From positions 4,096 to 68,095 of the forward strand of contig CATKXR010000018.1 of NCBI GenBank assembly GCA_949840805.1: DNA of 64,000 bases. Direction: 5' to 3'. The DNA comes from an uncultured Lachnospiraceae bacterium (GTDB taxonomy: Bacteria > Bacillota > Clostridia > Lachnospirales > Lachnospiraceae). A program made the position numbers and the translations under genes. Below the pieces are notes generated by a model that saw only the letters and a program-made list of their open reading frames with translations, did no database searches and was not told where the DNA came from. Positions 37,659-47,957 of this stretch are shown here, one piece after another; the stretch's first letter is position 1; the number at the start of each line of letters is the position of its first letter.

Positions 37659-40538
37659 CTATGTCCATTTTGCTGTAGAAGAATCCCAGGTTAAATATTT
37701 ATCAAACAGATCAACTAAGGAAGAATACTTAGCTGAAAGCTTAGATAACCAGCCGTTCTGGATTAAAATTTCCATGAGCCCGTTGTCATATAATTCAGGA
37801 GTTGACAGGGAACCATTTGTTTTAATCATAAATTTTGACTGCCGTATAATATTGTGTTCGATCTCAGATATGTCCTCTTTGGCATCGTGTTTTACAGGAG
37901 TATGGCTTCTGGAAAAAATAAGCACAGAATCGCCGTTTAATGACTTTTTAGGACTGATAATATTTTTTAAAGTGACAGTCTTATTAATATGTATCTGGGT
38001 GATAAATCTAAAACAGTTTCTTTCAAGGATAGTGATTAATTCATTCCACACATTTAAATCAGAGTCATGAAAATACAAACATAAATAATGATCCGGTTTC
38101 AGCTTCAGTGAACATACATGAAAAACCTGTTCCAGTAAACAGAAATATTCGTTCCGGCTCTTGCTGCGGGAGGGCGCAGAAGAAACAATGATTTCATCGT
38201 TTAAGTTGTAATCCAGATTTAAAAACGGTTTATAAAGCTGCATATATTCAGAATACAAAACCTGCTCCAGATAGGGAGGGTCAGTGATAATTAAATCCAC
38301 CCCGTTATTTGGTATATCTTGTTCTGTGATTAACTGACTGCCTTTTTGCAATAAAAAGCATTTGCAGGGAGCCAGGGAGCTATATGATTCAACTATCCCG
38401 GAATCAGCATAATTTTCTCTCATAAAGGGTATGACTTCATAAAATTTCCTGATTTTTTTTGTGTAAATATCTATAATATTTTTTTCCACGCAATCCGTTT
38501 TAGGTATCCATAATGGCCATTGGGAATTAGAATGTTTATCGGTTATCTTGCATAGATGTAATACAGACATCAGGATATATTTTAAAACAGCCTGATATTT
38601 TTTATCATATTTGTCAATGATATCCAGTATTTCATCCAGTACAGATAAGCTGCGTCCGGTAAATATATTTCTGATATCATCATCTTCCGTTACCGCTATC
38701 TTGGAGTTATACAACAGGGCAGTGTTATGGATATTTTTCAGTACCGGTGTAATGTTTATTTTTGCATAGTCATTTTCATCAGCGGGCTTAATGCCTTTTT
38801 TTGTACATTTGCATGTATAATGAATGGTTTTAATTATTATTTTTGAGCCTGTCCTTTCCGGCTTGTCAAATATTACTTTTGAAATTATGCCTGTTTCTTT
38901 GCATAAGGGGCAGGTGGTTTCATAATAGCGGCTCAAAGGGTTCAGCTCTGATATAAAGGTTTCGAGTTCTTTTTTTATATTTGGAATGGCATTAACGGAT
39001 AACAGCAATTTTGAAATAAATATTGGCATATCGTTAATATCACAGCCGACAGCGCAGCGTGACAAATCTGTCCGGATGGCTTCAAGCGTTGTTACTCCGG
39101 AACCGAGAAACGGGTCAAATACAACATCTCCTTTGTTTGATAGCGAATCGATCAATGCGTCACAGATATTAAAGGCTTTTTGCGACCAATATATGTGGGA
39201 GTTGTACATGGAATTGTTCTTGCTGGGTAACAGGCCGTTTAAAGATTTTTTAAGCAAATCAATATTGACCTGGTTCAAATTTTTATCGCCGCATAATATC
39301 AGGTATTCGAGGACTTTTTTTTGTTCGCTGTTTCGATGATTGGCATGATTATAATTTTGTGTCACTACATTGACACGGGCGTTTGTGTAATATTTTTGAG
39401 CAAGTTTCACCAATTCGTCAATGGAAATGGTATATCTGTCCGTGGCCTGCATTTTTCTGTCCTGAGGATATGCGTAGCTGATGGCAAGGTTCGTATCTGT
39501 GCCCGCACAAAAACGGATCAGATTCTCTAAAGATTGTCTGGCCGAACTGTGCTGGCTTAGTTTTGACTGATAGCGTCCTTCGGTATATAGGCCTTTGGTG
39601 TAACCATTTTTAGTGACTGTTAAGGGTGGATAATCATACCTGGCTGCTACATTCAGCAGATGGTAATACCGGGAATACTGCATGTCTGTATACGGCGGAT
39701 CTGCATAAACCAGTCCCACATTGGAGAAAACTTTTTCGTCTAATAATTCTTCAAAATTAGAATTATATATCGTGTTCTTTCCTGAAAATTTAGAAAGAGG
39801 AATGTTTGTATATTCCTTGAATTTTTTTATAAATAATTCATAAACATTCTTTTTTCGCTGAACAAAAAGACGGTTCTGATTTTTTTCGAGGCTAAGCGGC
39901 TGCGCCATGTGGCCGTCTTTGGAAAAAACCGTTTCTTTCATTGCGTAAAACAAACAAGAAAGCAGGGCATTCTTATATTGGATGAAGTTTTTATGAATTA
40001 TTTTAATGAGGCAATCAATGTCAAGCGCCTGAATGATTCCGTAATAGTTAGTGGCATAATATGTTGTGAACAGATAAAAATCTTTTGTTTTTTTAATATT
40101 GTCAACAGTCAATGGACATTTGGTTATCCCGGAATATTGATTGTTCCAAACAGTTGGATATGCACGGTAGAGAGCAATTAACTCCTGATAGTTTTCATGG
40201 TCTAATGCCTGTTGTTCATGGTTTATAAAATCCAGGATGGGAATTGACTGTTTTTTAACAGCGGCAGTATATTCGATATCAAGCGAATGAAGCAAGCCGG
40301 AAACAGATTCTATATCTGCCTGGTTTAATATGGCATCGGCTATTATGCTTGCGTAACATTCTGCATCATTCGCAAAAACCTGATAGTTTTCTCTGAACAT
40401 ATTGCTTACGGCAGCAGAACCTGAAAAAATATCTAAAATCGCCTTGCCGTCTTGTATGTATGGTTCTATATTTTTCTTTATAAAACTACTAAGATTATTT
40501 TTGCTTCCCTGGTAATTTAAAACAGTAAAATTCTCCAT
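37659..40538 (-). CDS. Tandem double DNA methyltransferase (N-terminal Dam/D12-class domain plus C-terminal Zn-ribbon amino-MTase)
   Basis: Domain 1: NYQGSK, DIFSGS, ADPPY..QYSRYYHLL. Domain 2: YWSQK, DPFLGSG, CPLC/CKC, TDPPY. Confidence 0.88.
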   Translation of the reverse strand: MENFTVLNYQGSKNNLSSFIKKNIEPYIQDGKAILDIFSGSAAVSNMFRENYQVFANDAECYASIIADAILNQADIESVSGLLHSLDIEYTAAVKKQSIPILDFINHEQQALDHENYQELIALYRAYPTVWNNQYSGITKCPLTVDNIKKTKDFYLFTTYYATNYYGIIQALDIDCLIKIIHKNFIQYKNALLSCLFYAMKETVFSKDGHMAQPLSLEKNQNRLFVQRKKNVYELFIKKFKEYTNIPLSKFSGKNTIYNSNFEELLDEKVFSNVGLVYADPPYTDMQYSRYYHLLNVAARYDYPPLTVTKNGYTKGLYTEGRYQSKLSQHSSARQSLENLIRFCAGTDTNLAISYAYPQDRKMQATDRYTISIDELVKLAQKYYTNARVNVVTQNYNHANHRNSEQKKVLEYLILCGDKNLNQVNIDLLKKSLNGLLPSKNNSMYNSHIYWSQKAFNICDALIDSLSNKGDVVFDPFLGSGVTTLEAIRTDLSRCAVGCDINDMPIFISKLLLSVNAIPNIKKELETFISELNPLSRYYETTCPLCKETGIISKVIFDKPERTGSKIIIKTIHYTCKCTKKGIKPADENDYAKINITPVLKNIHNTALLYNSKIAVTEDDDIRNIFTGRSLSVLDEILDIIDKYDKKYQAVLKYILMSVLHLCKITDKHSNSQWPLWIPKTDCVEKNIIDIYTKKIRKFYEVIPFMRENYADSGIVESYSSLAPCKCFLLQKGSQLITEQDIPNNGVDLIITDPPYLEQVLYSEYMQLYKPFLNLDYNLNDEIIVSSAPSRSKSRNEYFCLLEQVFHVCSLKLKPDHYLCLYFHDSDLNVWNELITILERNCFRFITQIHINKTVTLKNIISPKKSLNGDSVLIFSRSHTPVKHDAKEDISEIEHNIIRQSKFMIKTNGSLSTPELYDNGLMEILIQNGWLSKLSAKYSSLVDLFDKYLTWDSSTAKWT

Positions 40539-40559
40539 GAAAAAATCCTCCGCATATCA

Positions 40560-40742
40560 TTATAAAGAGAAGATTTGTAAAAAGCAATTGCCTAAAATAC
40601 TGGTATACCAAGGAGCCGATTGCATGGCATATAACCCGGGGCGCTTTTTAAAATGCCAATATTCGTATATACTATATCCAATAAACACGCCAATAGAGCT
40701 ACTCATGATAATATTGAATATTCGTTTTATTTTTTCTGACAT
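40560..40742 (-). CDS. Small membrane protein, possibly 3'-truncated
   Basis: RBS AGGAG; hydrophobic helix followed by YAMQSAPWYTSI. Confidence 0.5.
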   Translation of the reverse strand: MSEKIKRIFNIIMSSSIGVFIGYSIYEYWHFKKRPGLYAMQSAPWYTSILGNCFLQIFSL

Positions 40743-40812
40743 TTCGTTATCTCCTAAAATAATCCGCCTTACTGACTGACAGGCGTAAATCTTCAAAATA
40801 CTTGTTGCAATA

Positions 40813-41256
40813 TTATATTATAGCCTTTCTCCAAAACAAGCCCTCTGAAAATGCGATCTGTTCAAGCAGATGTTGTGCTTTTTCTGGTGGGTTATATATG
40901 GATAAATTTAAGCAATCCCAGTCAAATATTAAAAGCATATTTTCATCGGGGAATAAACAATTCAGAGTTCCTGAATGGTTTGCCATGATTTCTGCAACAG
41001 CATTTTCGATCAACTCTGGTTTGGGTTTATCAATCCATTCTTTCCTTAAAATCATAATATGACAGTAACACATTAGTTTTAAAATAACACAGACAAATTT
41101 GTCTTTTATCATGTGATATTTAGGGCTTTTCAGCAAGTAGTATTCCACATCAAAAATTTGTCCGTTTGAATCTTTGGAAACCGTTTCTGGCAGGAAGTCA
41201 ACAATGTAGCAATCTTTTGTTAATAACCTGTCTGCAATTTCGGTATTATTATCCAT
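40813..41256 (-). CDS. Hypothetical protein
   Basis: 147-aa ORF in the AT-rich islet with plausible composition. Confidence 0.65.
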   Translation of the reverse strand: MDNNTEIADRLLTKDCYIVDFLPETVSKDSNGQIFDVEYYLLKSPKYHMIKDKFVCVILKLMCYCHIMILRKEWIDKPKPELIENAVAEIMANHSGTLNCLFPDENMLLIFDWDCLNLSIYNPPEKAQHLLEQIAFSEGLFWRKAII

Positions 41257-41799
41257 AAAGATACCCCATAAATCTCAATTTATTTATATATCCATATTAG
41301 CTATATGGTAAGGATAAAACAACATTTGCCGCAAGTGATTTTGATATGGATATTTTAAAATAATTTGATGGAAAAATCAATGGCGCTTTGGAAACATTAA
41401 TGAATAATTAGCGACAACTGTTCCATGGTTTAAAATGGCATCAGATGGAAAAAGATAACCTTTTGGCCATGAAGGCCGGTATCCGGGATGGGGGCATCAC
41501 CCCAGAGCAGCTGCAGCGGTGGCCATTGAGCGGTATTTTATCAACGAGTAAAAAACACAAACGTTTGGGTAAAAACAACACAAATTTGATTGAAAATGTG
41601 GTATGATAAAAATACGAAACAAGAACTGCTGCCATGAAACAAGACATGTTGCAGTGAGTGGTTTTGCAAGACCGGAATGTGTTGAAAAAGCGTTTTCCGG
41701 GCAAAAAGGAATGCGTCGGGAATACAAAGCAGGAGAACTCACCGGTACTGTTTTGGGAAAATAACGGTGAGGGCAGTATCAGAGAAAGGAGAATGGAAG

Positions 41800-42984
41800 G
41801 TGGCAAATGTATTGGTGGTACATGGAGGCGGGCCAACGGCGGTGATCAATGCTTCCCTGTACGGGGTGATTCAAGAGGCGGCAGAGCAGGGCGGGATTGA
41901 GCATGTGTACGGAGCCATAGGGGGCAGCGAGGCGATTTTTAAGGAGAGGTTCCTCGACCTGGCGGCCTATCCGGAGGAGAAACTTAGGCTGCTTTTAACC
42001 ACGCCGGCCACGGCTATCGGTTCCTCCCGGTATGCCCTGGAGCAGGAGGACTATGAGGCCATGGCGGCGATCTTTCAGAAGCATGATATTAAATATGTGC
42101 TGCTGAACGGGGGCAACGGGACGATGGATACCTGCGGGAAGATTCACCGGGCCTGCAAGGACGCAGGGATCTGCGTGGTGGGGATTCCCAAAACTATTGA
42201 CAATGATATCGCGATCACAGACCATACCCCCGGGTACGGCAGCGCGGCCCGCTACCTGGCGGAGACGGTGGCAGAGGTGGGAGTGGATGTGAAATCCCTG
42301 CCGATTCACGTGTGTGTGGTGGAGGCCATGGGGCGGAATGCAGGATGGATTACCGCATCCTCCGCATTGGCCAGGAAAAAGCCGGGAGACGCGCCTCATC
42401 TGATCTATCTGCCGGAAAGACCTTTTCATGAGGAGGAATTTCTGGAGGATGTGAAGCGGCTCTATGAGGAGAAGGGCGGCGTGGTGGTAGTGGCCAGCGA
42501 GGGTCTTAAGGATGCGTCGGGCAAGCCGATTGTGCCGCCGATTTTCCAGACGGGAAGGTCGGTCTACTACGGGGATGTGAGCGCTTATCTGGCGGAGCTG
42601 GTAATCAAGAAGCTGGGTATCAAGGCCAGAAGCGAGAAGCCGGGAATCTGCGGCCGGGCGTCCATTGCCCTGCAGTCGCCGGTGGACCGTGACGAGGCGG
42701 TGCTGGCAGGCCGGGAGGCGTTAAAGGCAGCCATGAGAGGGGATGGCGGCAAGATGGTGGGCTTTATCCGGGAGCAGACCCCGGATGGCAGCTATCAGAT
42801 CTCGGTGCGCATGATTCCCATTGAAGAGGTTATGCTGTATGAGAAGGTGATTCCCGAAGAGTATATCAACGAGCGGGGCAATGACGTGAATGAGGCGTTT
42901 GTGGAATGGTGCCGGCCTCTGATCGGCACGGAAGTTCCAGAATATATTGATTTCCAGGATTTGTATGCGGAGAGTAAAAAATAG
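41800..42984 (+). CDS. Phosphofructokinase family (PfkA/PPi-PFK-like) kinase
   Basis: GGGPTAVIN, GGNGT, PKTIDND, EAMGRNAGW, SEG; GTG start after RBS AAAGGAG. Confidence 0.9.
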   Translation: MANVLVVHGGGPTAVINASLYGVIQEAAEQGGIEHVYGAIGGSEAIFKERFLDLAAYPEEKLRLLLTTPATAIGSSRYALEQEDYEAMAAIFQKHDIKYVLLNGGNGTMDTCGKIHRACKDAGICVVGIPKTIDNDIAITDHTPGYGSAARYLAETVAEVGVDVKSLPIHVCVVEAMGRNAGWITASSALARKKPGDAPHLIYLPERPFHEEEFLEDVKRLYEEKGGVVVVASEGLKDASGKPIVPPIFQTGRSVYYGDVSAYLAELVIKKLGIKARSEKPGICGRASIALQSPVDRDEAVLAGREALKAAMRGDGGKMVGFIREQTPDGSYQISVRMIPIEEVMLYEKVIPEEYINERGNDVNEAFVEWCRPLIGTEVPEYIDFQDLYAESKK

Positions 42985-43162
42985 AGCCGGGCAGAGGCAG
43001 CTCTAAACAGCGAGGGTACCGGCTGTGCTGGCTGAAAGTGAACGTAAGTGGCACAGGCAGCAGAAAAAGGAAACAAGGCAGGAGATTTGGAAGCTGCTGT
43101 GAGAAAGCAAATAGGCAGCAGTTTCAGGGGAATGGTCAGGCAAAAAGAAAAGGAGGGCGTCT

Positions 43163-43999
43163 ATGAAGCATATTTTTTTGAATCTGAAGCGTTTTGACAT
43201 CCCAAAAGAGCTGGGAGGGGTCAACACTATCGCCCCCATTGGACAGTGGGGAAGCTATATTGTGGAGCACACCCAGGAGCAGTTAAAGAAGTATAACGGG
43301 GATGAGGTGGAGTTTGCCATGTATTTTCCAGAGGCGCACCTGATTCCGGCCGTATCGGCTCTGTGTGAGGACAGTCCGGTGAAGGTGGGCTGCCAGGGCG
43401 TGTACCGGGACGATACGGCGGTGGGAGGCAATTTCGGGGCCTTTACCACCAACCGGACGGCCAATGCAGTGAAGGCCATGGGCTGTGTCACCACCATTAT
43501 CGGCCACTGTGAGGAGCGCCGGGACAAAGCGGGAATCCTGGCGGAGGCCGGGGTAAGCGACACGGCTGCAGTGAACCGCCTGCTGAACAAGGAGATCCAG
43601 GCCGCGGTGAAGGCAGGGCTTTCGGTGCTGTATTGTATCGGCGAGACCTCTGAGGAGCAGGAGCGCTGGCAGGAGGTATTGAGGGAACAGCTTGAGACCG
43701 GCCTGGCCGGAGTGGACAGAGAGAAGATCACCATTGCCTATGAGCCGGTGTGGGCTATCGGGCCGGGAAAGGTTCCGCCGGACAAGGAGTATATCACCAA
43801 GATCGGAAGCTTTGTGAAGGAAGTGACCGGCGGGATGGATGTGGTGTACGGCGGCGGACTCAAGACGGACAATGCCGAGATGCTGGCCTCTGTGCCGGTG
43901 ATGGACGGAGGACTGATCGCCCTCACCCGGTTCTCGGGGGAGATCGGGTATTATCCGGAGGAGTATTTGGAGATTATCCGGACTTATATGGGAAAATGA
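43163..43999 (+). CDS. Divergent triose-phosphate isomerase family protein
   Basis: NLK, GAFT, IGHCEERR, YCIGE, AYEPVWAIG, YGGG. Confidence 0.85.
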   Translation: MKHIFLNLKRFDIPKELGGVNTIAPIGQWGSYIVEHTQEQLKKYNGDEVEFAMYFPEAHLIPAVSALCEDSPVKVGCQGVYRDDTAVGGNFGAFTTNRTANAVKAMGCVTTIIGHCEERRDKAGILAEAGVSDTAAVNRLLNKEIQAAVKAGLSVLYCIGETSEEQERWQEVLREQLETGLAGVDREKITIAYEPVWAIGPGKVPPDKEYITKIGSFVKEVTGGMDVVYGGGLKTDNAEMLASVPVMDGGLIALTRFSGEIGYYPEEYLEIIRTYMGK

Positions 44000-44062
44000 C
44001 CTGAACAGGGATGAATCTGCGGTTTATTATGCAAAATAAAACGGAAAAGAAGGAGGTATTTT

Positions 44063-45556
44063 ATGAAACTTGCATTTGAGTATGGACAGGGACTGATGAC
44101 GGCGGAGCTGCCGGATACTACGGATGTATTTATTCCCGGGGAGACGGTTCCGGATCCCCCCTGCATCCCGGAGGATCAGATCGAGGCAAAGACTTTGGAG
44201 TCCATCCGCAATCCCATGGGCATGGAGCCCCTTTCCAAGTTGGCTCACAAGGGGTCTAAGGTGACGATTATTTTCCCGGACCGGGTAAAGGGGGGCGAGC
44301 AGCCTACTTCCCACCGGAAGGTGTCCATCCGGCTGATTCTTAAGGAGCTGTATGACGCGGGGGTGGAGAAAAAGGATATTCTGCTGATCTGTTCCAACGG
44401 CCTGCACCGGAAGAATACGGAGAAGGAGATCCGGGGCGTGCTGGGGGATGAGCTGTTTAACGAGTTCTGGTACACCCATCAGATCATCAACCATGACAGT
44501 GAGGATTATGACCATCTGGTTGATCTGGGAACCACCCGCAGAGGGGACCCGGTGCTGATGAACAAATATGTCTATGACAGTGACGTGGCGGTTCTGATCG
44601 GCCATACCCAGGGGAATCCTTATGGGGGATATTCCGGCGGCTATAAGCATTGTGCCACGGGGATTACCCACTGGCGGTCCATTGCTTCCCATCATGTGCC
44701 GGAGGTCATGCACCGGCAGGATTTTACGCCGGTAAGCGGGACTTCTCTGATGCGCACCAAGTTTGACGAGATCGGGCAGCACATGGAGGAGTGCATGGGC
44801 AAGAAGTTCTTCTGCTGTGACGCGGTGCTGGACACCAAATCCCGGCAGATTGAGATCAACAGCGGCTATGCCAAGGTGATGCAGCCTCATTCCTGGGTGA
44901 CGGCGGACAAGCGCACCTATGTGCCATGGGCGGAGAAGAAATATGATGTGATGGTATTTGGCATGCCCCAGTTTTTCCATTACGGAGAGGGCATGGGAAC
45001 CAATCCCATTATGCTGATGCAGGCTATCTCGGCTCAGGTGATCCGTCATAAGAGAGTCATGAGCGACAAGTGCGTGATTATCTGCTCTTCCATCTGCAAC
45101 GGATATTTCCATGACGAGCTGTGGCCTTATACCAGGGAAATGTACGAGATGTTCCAGAAAGATTATATGAACACCCTGCCGGATATGAACCGGTACGGGC
45201 AGTATTTTGCCACCAATGAGGAGTATATCCGCAAGTACCGTTACTGCAACGCCTTCCATCCGTTCCATGGCTTCTCCATGATAAGCTGTGGGCATATTGC
45301 GGAGATGAACACTTCCGCCATCTATGTGTGCGGCGCCCAGGAGCCGGGATTTGCCCGCGGGATGGGGCTGAAGACACGGGCCACGATTGAAGAAGCGCTG
45401 GAGGACGCCAAGAAGAAATTTGTGGGGCCGAACCCGAATATTCTGGCGCTGCCTCAGACCTTTAAGCTGAGTGCCGTTCATCTGATGATGAAGGATGAGG
45501 TGTATAACGGCAAGGGAGCAGAGGATTGCCAGTGTGCGGCGCACATGCACGGATAA
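44063..45556 (+). CDS. LarA (lactate racemase) superfamily nickel-pincer racemase/epimerase
   Basis: PD.VKG, GLHR, INHD, LGTT.RG.PV.MN, GYSGGYK. Confidence 0.82.
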   Translation: MKLAFEYGQGLMTAELPDTTDVFIPGETVPDPPCIPEDQIEAKTLESIRNPMGMEPLSKLAHKGSKVTIIFPDRVKGGEQPTSHRKVSIRLILKELYDAGVEKKDILLICSNGLHRKNTEKEIRGVLGDELFNEFWYTHQIINHDSEDYDHLVDLGTTRRGDPVLMNKYVYDSDVAVLIGHTQGNPYGGYSGGYKHCATGITHWRSIASHHVPEVMHRQDFTPVSGTSLMRTKFDEIGQHMEECMGKKFFCCDAVLDTKSRQIEINSGYAKVMQPHSWVTADKRTYVPWAEKKYDVMVFGMPQFFHYGEGMGTNPIMLMQAISAQVIRHKRVMSDKCVIICSSICNGYFHDELWPYTREMYEMFQKDYMNTLPDMNRYGQYFATNEEYIRKYRYCNAFHPFHGFSMISCGHIAEMNTSAIYVCGAQEPGFARGMGLKTRATIEEALEDAKKKFVGPNPNILALPQTFKLSAVHLMMKDEVYNGKGAEDCQCAAHMHG

Positions 45557-45720
45557 AAATTGTTAGCATTTGAGGGAAATGGTTGTGCAGGGAACCGGAA
45601 CTGGTGTGTATGCGGGATAAGAGCGGGCAGGATCCCGGTTCTCTGGCTGTCCGGTGAAGCGGCATAGCGGCATCGGCAAGATATGTGGGAAGGACAAGTA
45701 AAAGAAAGAGAGGGAAAATT

Positions 45721-46869
45721 ATGCCATTAATTCCATTACGTCCATTGTTGGAGGCAACTGTTAAATACGGTTTTGGCCAGGGGGCATTTAACGTCAATGC
45801 GGTAGCTCAGGCCAAGGCAGCCATAGAGGTTCACCAGATGTTCCGTTCAGCGGCCATTCTTCAGGGGGCAGATCTGGCCAACGGGTTTATGGGCGGAAGG
45901 ACGGATTTTATGAACGCCACCTTAGAGGATAAAAAGATCGGGGCGAAAAATATTGCCAACGCGGTGAAAAAGTATGGCGCAGATTCGGAGATTCCCATTG
46001 TGCTGCATTTAGACCACGGGCGGGATTTTGATTCCTGTGTGGCGGCGATTGAGGGCGGATATACCTCCGTCATGATCGACGGTTCCTCCCTGCCATTTCA
46101 GGAGAACATTGAGCTGACCAGGGAAGTGGTAAAATATGCTCATGCCCGGGGCGTCAGCGTAGAAGGAGAGCTGGGGGTCCTGGCAGGGGTGGAGGACCAT
46201 GTGTTCTCGGCATCTTCCACCTATACCAATCCTCTGGACGCGGTGGAGTTTTTCAAAAAGACCGAGGTGGACGCCCTGGCCATTTCCTACGGGACCATGC
46301 ACGGCGCTTCCAAGGGCAAGGATGTGAAGCTGCGGAAGGAGATCGCCATTGCCATCCGGGAGTGCATGAACCATCAGGGGATTTTCGGTGCGCTGGTGTC
46401 CCATGGTTCCTCCACGGTTCCCAAATACATTGTGGATGAGATCAACGGCCTGGGCGGAGAGCTTTCCAATACTTACGGGATTTCCATAGAGGAGCTGAAG
46501 GCGGCTATTCCCTGTGGAATCAGCAAGATCAATGTGGACACGGACATTCGTCTGGCCGTGACCCGCAATATGAAGGAGCTGTTTGCTAAATATCCGGAGA
46601 AACGGACCAGCGCTTCTATCGGCGGTATCTATGAACTTTTGGAGGCCAAGAAGAACCAGTTTGACCCGCGGGCATTTCTGCCGCCGATCATGGATACGGT
46701 GATGTACGGCAACATCCCGGACGAGGATGTGGCTGCCATTGTAGACTGTGTGGAGCGGGGCGTGAAGGAAGTGGTGGGAACCCTGATCGTGCAGTTTGGT
46801 TCCTTTGGAAAAGCTCCTTTGGTGGAGCAGGTCAGCCTGGATGAGATGGCGGAGCGATATAAAAAGTAA
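45721..46869 (+). CDS. Class II ketose-bisphosphate aldolase
   Basis: GAFNVN, LHLDHG, YTSVMIDGS, VEGELG, ISYGTMHG, HGSS, KINVDTD. Confidence 0.92.
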   Translation: MPLIPLRPLLEATVKYGFGQGAFNVNAVAQAKAAIEVHQMFRSAAILQGADLANGFMGGRTDFMNATLEDKKIGAKNIANAVKKYGADSEIPIVLHLDHGRDFDSCVAAIEGGYTSVMIDGSSLPFQENIELTREVVKYAHARGVSVEGELGVLAGVEDHVFSASSTYTNPLDAVEFFKKTEVDALAISYGTMHGASKGKDVKLRKEIAIAIRECMNHQGIFGALVSHGSSTVPKYIVDEINGLGGELSNTYGISIEELKAAIPCGISKINVDTDIRLAVTRNMKELFAKYPEKRTSASIGGIYELLEAKKNQFDPRAFLPPIMDTVMYGNIPDEDVAAIVDCVERGVKEVVGTLIVQFGSFGKAPLVEQVSLDEMAERYKK

Positions 46870-46877
46870 ATGAGTGG

Positions 46878-46936
46878 AAGGGAACGGTAATGCGCGGGAG
46901 GTAACGGTTCCGGTGTGACATTATCGTTCCTTTTTC
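46878..46936 (+). terminator. Probable intrinsic terminator
   Basis: GGAACGGTAATG...CATTATCGTTCC followed by TTTTT. Confidence 0.65.
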
Positions 46937-47044
46937 AACATGATATAAACTTGATTCTTGGGGGATTATAGGACATAATATTATATAGAAATTATAGTAT
47001 TGTTAATTTCTGCAGTGCCGGAATTAAGAGGGAGAAATCGTATT

Positions 47045-47839
47045 ATGGCGTGGTATTTGTATGTAATTTTCCTGGCAGTCAGCTTTGGAGCCTCGGTGGT
47101 GGGGGCTATCTGCGGAATCGGAGGAGGCGTGCTCATAAAGCCGCTTCTGGATGCTTTTGGAGTTCTGAGCGTGGCTTCCATCAGCTTTCTCTCCGGCTGC
47201 ACAGTGCTTTCCATGTCTTGTTACTCGGTGGTAAAGGCCAGGATGAGCAGGGAGTCTCTGGTGGAGATGCGGACGGGAACCAGCCTGGCTGTGGGAGCCG
47301 CAGCGGGCGGCGTGGCAGGAAAGATGATGTTTCAATATATTCTGGAACTGTCCCCGGACCGGGACCGGGTAGGGGCGGTGCAGGCGGCTTGTCTTTTGGT
47401 GATCACCTTCGGGACTTTATTGTATATGATTAAAAAAGAAAGAATCCGCACCCGTCATGTGAAGAATATCGGGGCTTGTATGGCCATTGGTCTGGTGCTG
47501 GGCGTCTGTTCTTCCTTTCTGGGAATCGGCGGAGGCCCCATCAATCTGGTGGTTCTGTTTTATTTCTTTTCTATGGATACGAAGACGGCAGCACAAAATT
47601 CTCTGTACATTATTTTATTTTCCCAGATTACCAGCCTGATCAATACCCTGGTGACAAGGACGGTGCCGGAATTTGGTTTCGGCCTTTTTGTGCTGATGGT
47701 GGGAGGAGGAATCCTGGGCGGCGTAGCGGGACGGGCGGTGAACCGGAAGCTGGACGCGGGGATGGTGAACCGTCTGTTTATTGGACTGATGATTATCATT
47801 ATGATGATTTGTGTGTATAACATGATTCAATTTATGTAG
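47045..47839 (+). CDS. TauE/SafE (TSUP) family membrane transporter
   Basis: Two GIGGG motifs; hydrophobic throughout. Confidence 0.88.
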   Translation: MAWYLYVIFLAVSFGASVVGAICGIGGGVLIKPLLDAFGVLSVASISFLSGCTVLSMSCYSVVKARMSRESLVEMRTGTSLAVGAAAGGVAGKMMFQYILELSPDRDRVGAVQAACLLVITFGTLLYMIKKERIRTRHVKNIGACMAIGLVLGVCSSFLGIGGGPINLVVLFYFFSMDTKTAAQNSLYIILFSQITSLINTLVTRTVPEFGFGLFVLMVGGGILGGVAGRAVNRKLDAGMVNRLFIGLMIIIMMICVYNMIQFM

Positions 47840-47957
47840 GGATGGCAGAAGCAGCGGCGTTTTTGGGATTTGTCAGATGATTTGCGGTTTCTCGTAAAAA
47901 CAGAGGGAACAGGACGGCCAGTCATCTGGCTTATGAGTATCAAAACAGGGGGTCGTA

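Noticed and set aside
44027-45550. 507-aa minus-strand ORF
   Set aside because: Antisense shadow of the LarA-family gene; no motifs and odd His/Leu-rich composition
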